Origin: Antedon mediterranea
Taxonomy: Eukaryota; Animalia; Echinodermata
Assembly (NCBI RefSeq): GCF_964355755.1
Contig: NC_092673.1
Location: forward strand, 16,737,648-16,801,647
Direction: 5' to 3'
DNA length: 64,000 nt
Part shown: in pieces, positions 24,201-39,200 of the stretch
How positions within the stretch are numbered: position 1 is the first letter of the stretch
Layout of the letters: each line of letters begins with the position of its first letter
The notes under the pieces: model-generated
The model's input: only the letters and a program-made list of their open reading frames with translations
The model's database searches: none
Told to the model about the DNA's origin: nothing
Position numbers and translations under genes: made by a program

Positions 24201-27200
24201 CATGGAAGTTGTGATATGTTGCAAGATGTAAAAACCTTATTTTTTATGATTTGAAAATTGCAAATAAATTAGAAAAATTATTTTGCCATTACGATAAAAA
24301 TACACAAAAATGCAAACTTTAAAATTCCTTTGAATTAACAATATTGAATAAATTTGGCCACACTTTTTTTTTATGGAACGTCATTTTTCACATCAAATCA
24401 ATCTCTTTATTCATCAATACATCAAAACAATTATACATAAACAAATTAAAGATTTGAAGATGAAAGGGACCTCAAAGAAACCCAAAGGGACTTGTGATAA
24501 AAGGACCACTATAAGCTAGTTACAAAAAAAACATACAAAAAATAAATTAATAAAATTAATAAAAATCCTGTATAGACAAATACACGGGATGCGCATTGTT
24601 AAGGAATATTTGAACTTTATTAATTGCATATAAATGTAAATGTAGAATATTTTTTTTTAAATGTAATCTATTATTATTTAAAATATGTATTCGCAATCGA
24701 GGCAAACAATTTACGATAGGAGGAGATAAATATTGAATTTAACAAGGCCATATAGATGTCTGCAGTCGCTTGCTCAAGTTAGTGTTTACCAACCGACCGA
24801 CATAGTGAGTTGTCGAGTGGCGTTGCACGTGACTAAAAATCTAATTTTCTTGTTAATCCCATTTTTTGTTTCCACAATGAATGAATTTTCTTCACATACT
24901 TTAAGCCAGCTTAAGAATTCTATTTCTCTGTATGTAAAATTAAGCATCATACATAATGTATTTTACCTTGGCTCCTACAATTGTATTATCTTGCAACTTC
25001 TTATGCAAATAGGCACAAAATAATAAGTAATATTTGAGCATAAACGCTTAAATAATTGTAAAAGTTGTTATAAATTAATGAGCTTTCAGTAGAGTACTTA
25101 CACACAGAATAATAGAATATTGCATTCATATTTTGTTTCTTTTTCTTCCCAACTTGTTGTTACTTTTTTCTGGAAGCCTAGTCTTAAAGTTTTATACTTA
25201 TAAGGTTTCCTTCCACACATACTATGTTTTATTAATTATTATCTTACATGTTTATATAATTATTATTATATGTATTTTTAATATGTGTGGAGAATATTTA
25301 TTTAATATTTATTGAATATTGCATTTAACGAATTGAATTGAATTGCAAATATTTATCCTTGGCTTGGTGTAGGCCTACTAAAAAAAGGTTGAGAATACAG
25401 AACCAAAACTGATAGTAATGTATGACAAAGTTAAACTTTTATAGTCTAAGGAACTTTCTTAGCCAATACATACAAGATTAAACCATTATAGGTAAGAGTT
25501 AAAAATCTATTTCAAAGACCCATTCCCTACAATTTTCGACGTTTTGTAAAAATAATGCAATATTACTTTAAAAACATTAAACCAGGTTATTCCTTGTCTT
25601 AGATGTACGTTTTATGGTAATTTATGATAAAATGAGAGAAAAAATGCACTACCTAAGTAGCTCGCAGTTTATTTATTATTATAAAGTTTATTAAAATCAT
25701 TAATAAACTTATATTATATATTTGATACTTTCTGATCGTACCAGACGTAGCCATAGCCAGTGGAACAAAGCAATGATTTTTAACCAATAACGAATAATAG
25801 AAATAAAGCAATCAATGTTTAAGGATAGTCTGCCTAATTCTGATCCGACAGCCACGCTGGGTGTGCTGTTTCCAATGCCTAAAATGAATCTTGAAAAACG
25901 TGTCTGTAAATGATCAATTGGTGATAAATTCGAAAAGCCCCATGTCTCACTCCCGTAAATTAAAATTTGTAAAACTTTGTCAAAAATGTGTTTCCATATA
26001 TTCTCTGGTAGGTATTGTGTTTTGCTATTAATTGATTGTAAATAGTATGTACGTTATTTGTTTTTTGACAATTGTGTTCAATTGTGTTATTCCACTGACC
26101 ATTTGAATTGAAAACCACTTCCAAGTAAGTATACGATTTAACAACTTCCATTTTAATGTTTATGTAATACCATTTTTCATATTTTCTTAATTTTTCATCT
26201 TTTTTAAATACCATTATTTTTATTTGTTTACATTTACACTAAGACCCTATGTGTCACAAAATATTTCCAATATAATTATTAAATGTTGTAAGCCTTTACT
26301 GTGTCTGCGAATAGTAATAAATCAGCAGCATTATTAGCAGATAGTTTATAAAGCAATCCCCGAATGGTATTTTTTCGTTATTTTGATTTAGCTAGTAATT
26401 CATAAATATATTAAATAGAGATGATGGCAGGGGTGACCCTTGTTGTATTCCAATTGAACATTCAAATAGGAGCGTTAATAAGTTTCCTATTTTTACATGT
26501 GCTAATAATTGGAAACTAAATAATAATATATATGACGTCATATATATTATTATTTACGCCTATTCTTCTTAATTTTAATAATAGAAAATTATGCTTTATA
26601 CTGTCAAGTGCACGTTTTAGATCAACGAAGCAACAAAATATTCTACCCCTTTTTTTACGTAGATATTTTTTAATTATCCTGTTAAGAATGAAAATATTAT
26701 CTAATGTGCGGAATCCCTTGCGAAAACTTGATTGTTCTTGTTAAATAATGTTATTGTTTTCAGTTAGTTATTCTAGTGTTAAGGATGTTTAAAAATATTT
26801 AAATTAATAACAGTAGTTGTTAACTGTATACATTGTAGTTAAAAATATACATTATTATTTATTATAGTATATTCAGAATGAATGATTGCTTGTACACAGT
26901 CACCCACAAGTGTTTGTAAGGCTTTGTATCACACAGAGCCTTTATATATAACCTTATACCATTGAAAAAAAAAGACTTTTAATATAGTGTTTTTTATGAA
27001 AATATATAATATGTAATATTTTTGTTTTGTGCATTTTTTTAGATTTACCAAGTACTACTGTTGAGCAATTTCAAACACAATTTCAGAAACAGACAAGTGA
27101 CGAACAGAAAACAAAACTTCTTAAGCCAGAGAGTGGTGAGTTTAAGAATAAGACCTGCTGTATGTTTTATGATTGTATCTATATATAATTTAACAGAATT

Positions 27201-30200
27201 GTGATTAAAATGGGATTTCAGTAAAGAGAGAATTAGATGCTAATGTTATTTAAAAAATCATTTCTGAGCGGTACTGTAAAAAGGCGAAAAAGTGTGCAAC
27301 TGATAACAAATAACAAATGGAGAGATTTTATTTATCATAAATAAAACAAACAGTTGATTGTTTCCATTTAAAATACTGTAATAATGGAATGAAGCTAGTT
27401 TGCAGATTTATGTGGCATGCTTGCTTGATTTTTGCTTGATTGTTGATTTTTAGGTTATATGCATTATCATGCGATCACGCGATGTACGCGCGATTTAACG
27501 AAATAACGTTTGTAATCATATCTTCACAAGCATGAATCACTTTTAAACAAAATTTGGTACTCATAAATTTCAGGTCGATGTGGTTATGTTTTCACAGTGC
27601 GCAATCAAACATTACGTGGTCTACGCGCGATTTAACGAAATCACGTTTGTAATCATATCTTCACAAGCATGAATCACTTTTAAACAAAATTTTAAAAATA
27701 ATATAGATCGTCAGAATGCTCGGGAACACGTATTTTTTATTTCATTTTCTTGAAGTGTACAGTATGTATAATATGTATGATTTGTTATGAAATTAAGAGA
27801 ACAAAAGTTGATAAAGTCATCATTAATTGCATTTTAAATTAAAAAAAATTTATTTCGACAATCAAAAAATTATGACATTTTCTTAGGCCGAAATAACAAA
27901 TTTCTTCTTTCAAAATAAAAGTTCATATATTAAAGTTAAAACTATATAGTTTGACAGTGCATCGTTTTTTAACATTTTTAAAGATGTCATCATAGTAAAA
28001 CATTATAATTCATTGCGGTATGTAATAATCTATCTGCGCCAAAGTGGTTACTGCATAGTAAATACATGGAGGAATCTTTCTACAACTTTTAGTCAGTTGT
28101 GTATAGCTCGGTGGTCTGTGCTCGTGTCTATGGCATTTAAGGTACCGAGATCGAGTCTCACATTGGGAAAGGAAATAAGATTTTTTTTTATTATCCATAT
28201 TGTTTGTTCAATTTTATTTTTTAGTGTATAGATTATACACATAATTTATAATGAAATCTATAAAATGTAAGTAATGTCTTTATTATTATGTAACAATGTG
28301 GTTTATGACATTATACGCAGAGGGATCTTTGATCGAATTGTGATACCAGCTATTGTATTCCCGTTAGCAAGATCCTATATATAAATAATTAAAGATTCTG
28401 AGAAAATCAATCAATCAATATATCTTTAAAAATCAATTATCTTTATTTAAATCAGTGATCTTTATTTAAATCAATGCATATAACCTATAATTCGTCATAG
28501 TGACTAATTAAATTCTAGTTTTTTTTAAACTTTATTTACTCCAGATGTTTAAAAAATCTATTAAAATCTTGATTCAATTTTCAGATATTGCTGCACGTGA
28601 ATTAGATTTTCAGAAAGCATACAATGAAGCCTTGAAAGATGGATCCGTCCCAGTCAATCTTGGAATGCTTAAGGTGATTGGACAAGAAGGAGTTGGTAAA
28701 ACATGCCTCATAAATGCATGTCTTGGAAAGATGTAAGTAGTTGGACAGTAAAATTGACATTACAAAATACATGTAGGTACTGCCTAATTATAACAATAAT
28801 AGATAATAGAATTAAATTTTAACATTGTTTTGTAATTTTAAATGAAAAATCATTTTAATTGTTGACTAAATAACTGATTTAAAATGTGTATTTTATAAAT
28901 AAAGACTATTGAAATAGTAACTATACTGGTATCTATAATTAAAAAGAGAAAATTGAATTTTACAGCACTAAAAATGAATGACATTCATTGTTGGTTTCAA
29001 ATTATTATATTATTATTATATGTATCTCAGATTTGAGGAAGAACATAAAGTTACAGATGGCATAGCAGTGATAAGGACTGTAAGCACAACATGGAAAGAG
29101 GCTAAAGCTGATAGTGGTAAACATGAATACAAATTAGCATATTACTCTTCCCATCATCATAGGCTATGTAACAATATTTATCTTTGATCTCATTATCATA
29201 GACACAAACAGGCCCACAATGAAACTGAGATGTAGAATGGAATTCAATAAATGCATACAACTGTAGTATGATACAGCAATTGTTACTCTATGATCCCTTA
29301 ACACACAAGCTATTGTTTGTTGATGTACTGTAATTGTAATTTTACTTTAAATAATCAATCAGTTAAAGTATTGTCACCTATTAATGTATCTGCTGAAATA
29401 ATACGTACAAATGTCTTTTTTCTGTACAGGTAATCCTTCAAAACAGTATACAAAAATCGTCACTGACAAACTGAGAGAAAAGAAACCCAAAGACGTATGT
29501 CAATAATAGTGTAATGAAAACATAAAATGAATAAAGTAGCACCTACAGGACTATTGCAAACCAGACACTTACGCCCATATTCTTAAACCGGACTTTAGTC
29601 GTAGTTCGAGCTAAAACTGAAAAAATGACGTCATATTAATTCATAAACCGAACTTCAACTAAATCACCGACTAAATCAGGCCAACCTCGACTAAATCAAG
29701 ACGGATTTTGATCGATTTTTTTTAGTCCTGGAGGGGGCAGGCTAAATGGTCGACTAAATGGTTTTTAAACGATGTTTATAAAAAACGTAACAGTCATTGA
29801 GTTGTTATATTGGCCAGATATTGAAGAATGAAATATCTATATTTATATTAGCTTAATTAAATATACATTGGTATAAGTTATAATAATGAAAATCATCTTT
29901 ATTTACAACTGTATACAAATTACATTATTTTCTTTGCGCAAGTCCGACTTGAACTATGTCACGCCATAGCGACAATGGGAGATGCGGCAATTCACCACGC
30001 GATGGAATGTTTAGGGGGCCTAGCGCTTTCTTGTCACGCTAGGAAGTGCGTGGTTCGTCGCGATCATACTTTGTTGGAGGCCTAGAAAATATGAAAGTTA
30101 CCGTACCGCCATGGTTCCTAAATATATTTTGAAGATTTTGTTTGTTGTTAATCAAAAGTACTTCACTGTTAAATTAATACTGATCTTGTTCTAATAATTA

Positions 30201-33200
30201 ACGATTAAAATTATTTTTCATGTATAGTCCTGATGCGTAAAAAGTTTTGTAAGAAAATGGAAAGTGATATCAATGCGCAAAATTTCGTCTGCTCCTCAAA
30301 TACTCTCTTGTCATTGGCCAATGTTTAGCCTTTGTTACCCAGACGTGTGCAACTCGACTAAAAGCTCGACTTCATTAAGTCGAACTGCAAACTTCGACTA
30401 CTTCGTTTTAGAATCGAATTTGAAGTAATAGCTCGAACTACGACTTTTTCAAGTCGAACTTCGAACTACGACTAAAGTCCGGTTTAAGAAACAGTATACA
30501 AAAATGGTCACTGACAAATTGAGAGAAAAGAAAACTATAAACGTAATGTCAATAATAATGTAATAAAAACATATAAAGTATTAGTACCTACAGGACTATT
30601 GCAAACCAGTCACTTAGGGTTTCTTTCTAAATGAATCAATGAGGCATTATGATTCTTTTTCGATCATTTTATAATCCAATTTACTTAAAAAATTAAAGTT
30701 GATTTTGCTTTTGAGAGTAAATAATATTAGTTTTCTCTTATATTAAATTGTAAACAATACTGTATTTTACTTTGAATAAACATTTGTTTCTTTTTTATAT
30801 CCATTTATTTTTTTTTTTTATGTGTCAGATTGACATGAAACCACCTATAGATGATGATGAGGATGGTATTGTTGTTAATGACAACAAAGGTGATTACAAA
30901 AATGAAGGTATGTAACTTTCCATTAAATTCTAATTATTATTACTAGATGGCACGCTCGCTTCGCTCGCGTACCATCTAGGTCGTGCCCACAGATGGTTCT
31001 CGAATACACAGTCATTTCAGCGTAACAAAACTGGCGATTTCAAATGTACGTACCGCAGGACTATAATACATTGTCATTTACAGAAACGAATAAATAGACA
31101 CGATGATTTATGTAGTCAGCTAAAATTAGCACCCTGGGAATTACTTCCGAAGGAGAAACTTATTACAAATGAGTCCAAATTTTTGATTTGGACTCATTTA
31201 AAGAAACCCAATTTGTGTTTTGTATGTAACATATTAGGGTTGAGGGATGGGAAAGCGGATAGGTACAAAGAAGAACAATTTTTAAATATATTCTTTATCC
31301 ACTCAGTAACGAAATATTTTGTTCATGTTTTATAGGCCTATAAATAATATACCTCTAAATACAGTAAAACATTTGCGATTTAATACTTGTTAAAACTGTC
31401 ACTGTCATAATCGATTGAAATATTAAAGTACATGTCACGATACACCACTACGACGTTTATATTATTGGTAATTATTAATTAATACAAACGTTGAGAAGGA
31501 ACTGTCAGTATAAAGTTTATTTGTATATAGTAATGTGTTTATATATCTAACAGTAGAGCCTATCCACAATCTCAGTAATAAAGTTTATTTGTTCATCATC
31601 ATCATCATATCATCACAGTACGAACATTCACAGTAAGAAATGTTCGATTCAAATGAGGACCGAAAATAGTTTATAGGTATTTACAGTACAGTATTGTCAA
31701 AGTATTGCAAGTTTATTCTCAAAGGGCCCATATATTTACCTACCGTATGTGTTAAACCAAGGACTCATCAATTTACCTACTTGTGTTAAACCAAACTTTG
31801 GCAGACTGAGAGATTGGGATGTTCCATTCATCGCAAATCAATACATTTGTATAATCGTATATTAAATATATCAAAATAGTATTTTTTTAAAGAAAATCGG
31901 CCTGTCTTCAACATTATGATGCTGTACTCTAGCTGTTCAACCGGTTTTCAGCTATTAAAAACAATTATCGTAGGAAGAGATAGGAAAATGCGAAGCCTCC
32001 TCGCATTTTTGTGGCGGGTATTTTTTCAAGACGGACATCCATTAGACAGTGTATACCACGATCTGAAAAACCCCTATTTGGGGCAAATCGTTGAACCTAA
32101 ATTTGTTTTAATCGTCAATAACTAATTATCTAACTTAATTTAATTAGTAAACAGGGTTACATCAGGTGGTTAAAATCAGTACCGAAAGTACGAACCAACT
32201 TTACATACCATCGAGTAAAAATTCTAGAAGTAAGGCGCGATTTACCGAATTTTGTCCTTACGTAAATTTATATATAGATTATATATTACATAGCCTATGT
32301 AAATACGCGAACGTGATTGGTTGAAACTGCATCACATGACTACCGCTGCGAGGATAGTAAATCGTATATATCCTCGAGAACGATGATATTGACTGAGTAA
32401 TTTTCCCGTAATTATCGTGTCCCCTGTCATTAATCATATAAATTATCGAGTACGATGATATTGACTGTGTAATTTTTGTGTGCAACATTCGCGTTTGCCG
32501 ATAAATAAACAAAAGTCATCTACTGGGTCTTGAACTCGCGATGAAATTGTCACTCCATCACAAGACAACGTTTCATGCGCTGCGCCACACGGAACTTGCT
32601 TGAAGAAATTACTCAACTAAACTATTTAAACTATGCATACATAGCGCCCTCATTTATTTTTAGTCCTCCCAAGAGGTGTTGAAACACCGTTTGTGATTGG
32701 TTAATACTCACAGTAGTATCGGGTACGCGCGCGACGCACTGAACATCTGGTGATGATTCGACTCGAAAGAAGACGAATTATTATTTATTCGGCCTACCTG
32801 ATAATATTATTATTATTAATGTAGGCTTATTGATGGAAATTCTTCTGTTATTATTTAAACGACCTAGGCTAGTGAATATGTTATTTTCAAGGAATCATTA
32901 ATTAGTAATTATCTGTATATTATTCTTCGAAAGGTAAGGTGTCTGGGCAGCTTGTTTACATACAATACAAAAAGGAGGCCTACCTAGCCTAGCTACCCGA
33001 CCCAGCAGATATTCTACTTATTGTAATATAACAGATATCGCCTTTTATATCGGTAAAATATAAGATTAGACATCCCCTCGGGAATGATATTAAGTTCTTG
33101 GGAATTATATATTCCCTCGAACATAATATCATTCCCTCAGGGATGTCTAATCTTATATTTAAGCTCTAAGCAGTCAATATCTGTATAATATTACATTTTT

Positions 33201-36200
33201 TGTAGTCAAAACACTAATTTGCAATTATCTGTTTGCAATTTCTGTCATATTAAGTTTGTGCTGTAGTTATTTGAAACAGATTATTAATTAGATTTTCCAA
33301 TTTAAAGTAACTTTTAATTTTTCTATAAAATTATTAAATTTATGTGATCAGAGTTGGAGGTAAAGCAACCTATCAAGTGTAACAATTATGGTGACATACT
33401 TTTCTACCTCTACTCTGACAACAATGATGACAACAATGATGACGACAATGATGACGACTCGGTGTAACAATGATTATGAAGACTGCAATGATGATAATGA
33501 CAACAATGATGACGACTCGGTGTAACAATGATTATGAAGACTGCAATGATGATAATGACAACAATGATGACGACTCGGTGTAACAATGATTATGAAGACT
33601 GCAATGATGATAATGACAATTACAACAATGATGATAATTAGAACAACTATAACAATATGTTAATGACTTTTACAATGATTAAAATAATGATGCTTGTTTA
33701 CATGTGTTGAGAGTGACCAAATTGTGTTTCCACTACAGATACTGATAGAGCTACTGAAGCTATTCCATTTGATACAGATCAGCAGTTAGATAAAGATGTA
33801 ATCAAGAAACTTGAGGAAAAAAAGGAGGACCCCTTGGAAGAAACATTTAACATCTGGGATCATGGAGGTCAATTAATATACCATGGTATACATCGCGTAA
33901 GTTATAATATATGTATTTGCCTTGAAGTTAATATTATATTGAAATTGTTTAAATACTTTGTACACAGCCAGTTAAAAGAAAATGTCTCTGTCTAACATAA
34001 TGGTATGACCAAGGTTTAATTTGTTCATTCAGTAATCGCAAAATTCTTTCCATGGTACTGCTTTATATAAATTGTTATTACAAATTTTGCCTACGTCAAC
34101 AAAAAAAGTATTTTCAGTAACTGTTTTCAATCATAACTTATTTTAACAGTGTTATATGAATTTGTACTAGAAAAATGCTTTAATAAAAAGATTATCAATA
34201 GTAAATGTATAAACACAGTTTATAAAAAGACAAATAAAATGATACTTATTTATTAAGCTTTAAAGCATATTAATCAAATATTTGAATAAAAACAAATTGT
34301 GTTTTTGCAGATGTTCATGACATTACAAGCACTTTATATTGTAGTGTTCGACCTAAGTGTAGACCTCAATGATCCTGCTGTTTATATTGATTCCAATGGA
34401 GTAAGTAGTTTGCTATATATTTTATGCATTACAAAGAGTTTTATTTCATACCTTCCAAATGAGCTGCATACATTTACATATTTGAAACCTAACCATTTTT
34501 TAAAAAATTTTTGGTTAGAAATCATTTACTTCTTCATTTCATTTTAGTTGAACAAAGATAAAATGTTTTTTAAACTTTTTTTTTTTTTTTTACAGGAAAA
34601 GTGTGAACATCATTGGACCAATCTCCAGTTCATATTATCTTACATCCTGTCAGTTTATTCTCATAGTCGTATTGTGAAAGAAGATGAGGAGAATGAAGTT
34701 AACAAACCAACTATCCTTATTGTGGGTACACATAAGGGTAAGCTTGGTAAGACTGAAAAAGAACAAAATGATGAGGTAATCTATTTCTATAGCTATCTTA
34801 AAAATTACCTAAAAGACATATTACTGCTCTAAAAATATGAAGATACTTTATTAACCAACTTTATATAGGTATATAATAATAACAAAATTTTAAATATTAT
34901 TTTAAATAAATATATATGTATATTACATTTTATAAACTTTTTGCAACCAGGCAAATATCATTTTTGAGAAGGTTCAAGATGTGCTTAGAGGAAAACTGTA
35001 TGAAGAACATATCTATCAATATTTTGCCATTGAAAACAGCCGAGAAACAACAGATAAAAGCTTTAGTGATCTCAAAGAGGTTATTGAAAAGTTTATGGCC
35101 ACTTTAGAAAAAGATGTTCCTTTAAAGTGGATGCGTTTTCGATGTGACCTTCAAGACCTCAGAAGGGAAAAACATTTTTCTTTGTGTCCTTTAGAAGAGG
35201 TAAACTTTATTTTGTAACCACATTAATAATCTTACTTTGAGCATTACAACTGAATTAATAGTTCCATGTTCTGCCACAGTGTATTAATCAGAGGAACTCT
35301 ACACCCAAATGTATAGAAAACTCGGATTTCAAAATCTGAGTTTACTAGTTTCATTCTGACCACTGAAATGGACCGATCCATTATTAATCGGAGGGATTAT
35401 AAAAATACATTATACCTTTTTATAAACATTTCATTGCAGTATTAATGTTATAAGTTAGGATTTGCAAAATTTTATTAATTTAATACATTCGTCTCAAAAG
35501 TACAACAATAAAATAGACATGAGAAACAAACATTGCCACATGGTAAGCTGCAATATTACTCTTTCATATTGAAAAATGGTATATAGTACTGATTAGATTT
35601 CTGTAAAGACAGTCTAATTTGAATGGATATAGAAACAATTTAGGAATGGAGACTTGCATGAGAAAACGGTTTAACATCTATAGTGCTTGCTTCTTCTATA
35701 TTATCTAAACTGAAATACCAAATAAATGTATATCTACCATGTTTTAAAAACTGAATATGATTTCTATTTTAATTATGTTTTTAAAATCTAATATTATAAC
35801 CATTATTTCTAGCTCAAAGTACTGGCAACTAAGAATGGTATTGAAAAAGGACAATCAATCCTTCTTAACTTCCTGTATGATCTTGGTGAAATTGTTTACA
35901 TGCCTGACAACAAATTATTAAGAGATAAAGCAGTGTTAGATCCGATGCAGCTGGTTGAAATTGTTACTGCTTTTGTAACAGTCATTCCACCAAAGTTTCC
36001 AGTAAGTACAGTAGGCCCATGTAATATTTCAAATTGTAAATATGTGTTTGTGGTGTCACTCCTATGCAAGTTCGGTGCAGTTCCTTATTCCATTATTTTT
36101 GATCATAGTACTTAAGAATTCTTTTTTTGGTATAGAAGCCTGCATTTAGGAGACTTGACAAGGGCATATTGGAAGAAAAGTTGTTGCGAAAATTATGGAA

Positions 36201-39200
36201 AGAGCGTAAAGTTGACGAAGGAAAGAATTTTGAGTTCCTTGTGGCACTGATGATTCAATTAGGTTTCATTTGTGAAAAGACGACGACCAGCAGCCAAGAT
36301 GTGGCAAGTACATCTACAGTAGGTTTTATTCAGTTATCTTTTTTAACATGTTATATTTTGTATGCAAGATTGTGTAAAAAATAATTTTTTTGGGATGATA
36401 CATACTTTTTAATTAATTAATTAAATTTTACATAAAATTTCAAAATATTTGTAGAGTTATGACATATTCTGGTTAAACTTTCTGCTGAAGATGTTTTTAA
36501 CATGTACAGGAAATGATTTTCGTTTTCTTATTAAAAGAAATTTAAATGGCATTTTACAAATCAACAATTTCAGGAATGTGTTGGAAAGCGATCATTCTTT
36601 GTGCCACTACGCCTTGCTTTCAAGACATCAAGTGAAGTGAAACCAGTGCCTGATGAATTTCCAGCTATCAGTATCTATTACGACTTTAAGGGATATCTGC
36701 CAGATTTATTGTTTCCATATATGATTATTGATTTCCTCAACAAATTTCAAAAGAAAGGCGATGACCCAATACTCTTGTATAATCATGCTGAACTTTACTT
36801 CAACCAAGATCATCATGTGACCTTATCTCTTGTCAAATTTCTGACTACAGACGAGGAGGATGAAAGAAAGTTCTTGTTAAAGGTACTGTATCATATAATT
36901 TCTTGTGATTAAGTCATTTTAATCTAAAAATAAACTTAAATTCAGATACCAAAACATTACTTTTCTTCTTTTTTCAGGTGACTATTAAAAGAACAAATGT
37001 TCCTAATGAAGCAAGTAATTTAGAACCCTCTTCTGAAGCATGTAAAGAAGTATGTTATTTCATATATCAGTTTTTAAAACTATATGATTTTTTATAGATA
37101 TTTTTGTTGATTTGTTTTTTTTTGTATTTATGACATAGTTTAAAATAACTTAAATATTTAAATTCATGTTTGTGTAGTTTACTTGACGTGTAATATAATT
37201 TGTAATTTTTATTGATATACATTATTAATTGAATATTAAATTGATTATTGACAATTGATTTATAAAAACATTACATCTTAAACAAATAAATGATATAATC
37301 TTAATATTATATAAATTTAAAATACAAACAACTTAAAGTACAGTTATCAAAGCTAGTTTATAAGTGATTTTCACTGAAATGAAATTTTTATATGGTCATG
37401 AATCTTGGCCTCAATGCCTGCAATTAAAACTTTATAAACAATAATGAGGTTTATTGTATGGTGACAAGATTTTGTTACATTTGTGACAAAATATGTAAAA
37501 TGTTGATAGTAGTGATAATTCACCTTATATTTGTATTTTAGGAATTTATTTCAATTATTATTGTTTTATTTTTTCCTTTATAACTATTTTGTATTGTAAA
37601 TGTTTAGTGAACATTTTAAAAATGTGTGCTACATTGTTTATGTGTTAATTGCATGTTTTTGGATATTTACCTTTATATCTTTAGGTTTTGTTAACGATCC
37701 AGAAGTCATTTGCACCTACTAAAGATGGTGGTAGAAGAGGGATTCAATATGAGAGATGCATACTTTGTGGTGTATGTAGTGATACATCAGAAAAGAAACA
37801 CATTCAAAATCTTGGTGATTTCCAGGACGAGAAGTTGCCATGCACCAAAACTGGCACGTATATGAGTATGGATGTTACACGTTACAAGCAGCTATTTGGA
37901 GGTAAGAATAAAAACAGAGACAGACAAGTTCGATTTTATTTCACTGATATATTTACTACTAGTACTACAACCATGTGTATTCGAATTTGGTGTAATGGTT
38001 ATGTAACCAGCCTTTCAGTTGACTAACAATAGAACAGCAACGCCAAAAACAAACGGGTGAATTTGAAAATAATCATCAACAAACTTGTACATTAAATCTA
38101 ATTATGTTTTAAAATTACAATTCACATATTATAACTGTTGCCTCTTGTACAAAAATGAAGTTTTTTGGACAAGTAGTTCTCGAGAAAATGCAATTTTAGT
38201 TTACTCAATACTTTAAGACTGTTCGCTGGCTTTTGAAAACACTAGCAGGTCTGAAAATAATTCTAAAAAGTGGTCCAGAATTGGGACCGTGGTCCGGATT
38301 GCCTCCAAAATTTAATGGAAAGATTTTGGGAAAGATCTTGTAATTACTTTTTGAGTAATCCTGCTAACAAACAAACAGACAGACAGACACACACGATTGA
38401 CTACATATACCTCCTTGGCGGAGGTAAATAATAAAATTTATGTAAACCGATAAAATGTGGGGAAAAACCTAAATATACTAGTACTAGTACTATGATAAGA
38501 GGAATTAATATATCACAGTTAACAGCAGCATTTCACCTAACTCATATTTCATCATATGGCAATACAATTACGTAATGCATATAGCGCTTAACATTTTCAA
38601 AATTGATTTTGGATGAAATTGGAGTACGTTTCAGGCAATTTTAAGCGTTTAAAAAATTGCCATTAGTGCGCAGATTTTTCACAAGCCTTTATTTTAATAA
38701 TTTCATCATATTTTATTCAACTCGAAATTGCGTAATACAAGCACCTCAAAAAGGACAGGCTAGGCACGTGTAAGTTAACAAAATGGTGCAAATATGCCAA
38801 GCTTTATAATTAATATAGGTCGTTTGAATGCTCGGGAACACCCATTTTGCATTTCATTTTCTTAAAGTGTATGTATCATATGTATGATTTATTATGAAAT
38901 TAAGTCATCACTATATTGCATATTAAATTTAAAAAAATTAATTTTGACAATCAAACAAATTATGACATTTTCTTGGGCCGAAATAACAAACTAAACATTA
39001 ACTTTCTTCCGTAAATATACTTTTAGTCAGTTGCATGGCTCGGTGGTCTGTGCTCGTGTCTATGACATTCAAGGTACCGAGATCGAGTTTCACCTTGGGG
39101 ACGAAACGAAATAAGACTTTTTTTATATCCGTATTGTTTGTTCAATTTTATTTCTTAGTGTATAGATTATACACATGATTTATAATGAAATCTAGATAAA

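Noticed and set aside
19002-26790. Diversity-generating-retroelement mechanism (NNT codons plus a nearby RT)
   Set aside because: The RT at ~25.6-26.8 kb is a broken LINE fragment, no template repeat is present, and adenines in the constant exon half are not mutated.
33417-33640. Possible extra acidic (Asp/Asn-rich) exon in the ROC insertion
   Set aside because: The 58-bp period breaks frame, there is an in-frame TAA in the units, and the flanking exons already join in phase.
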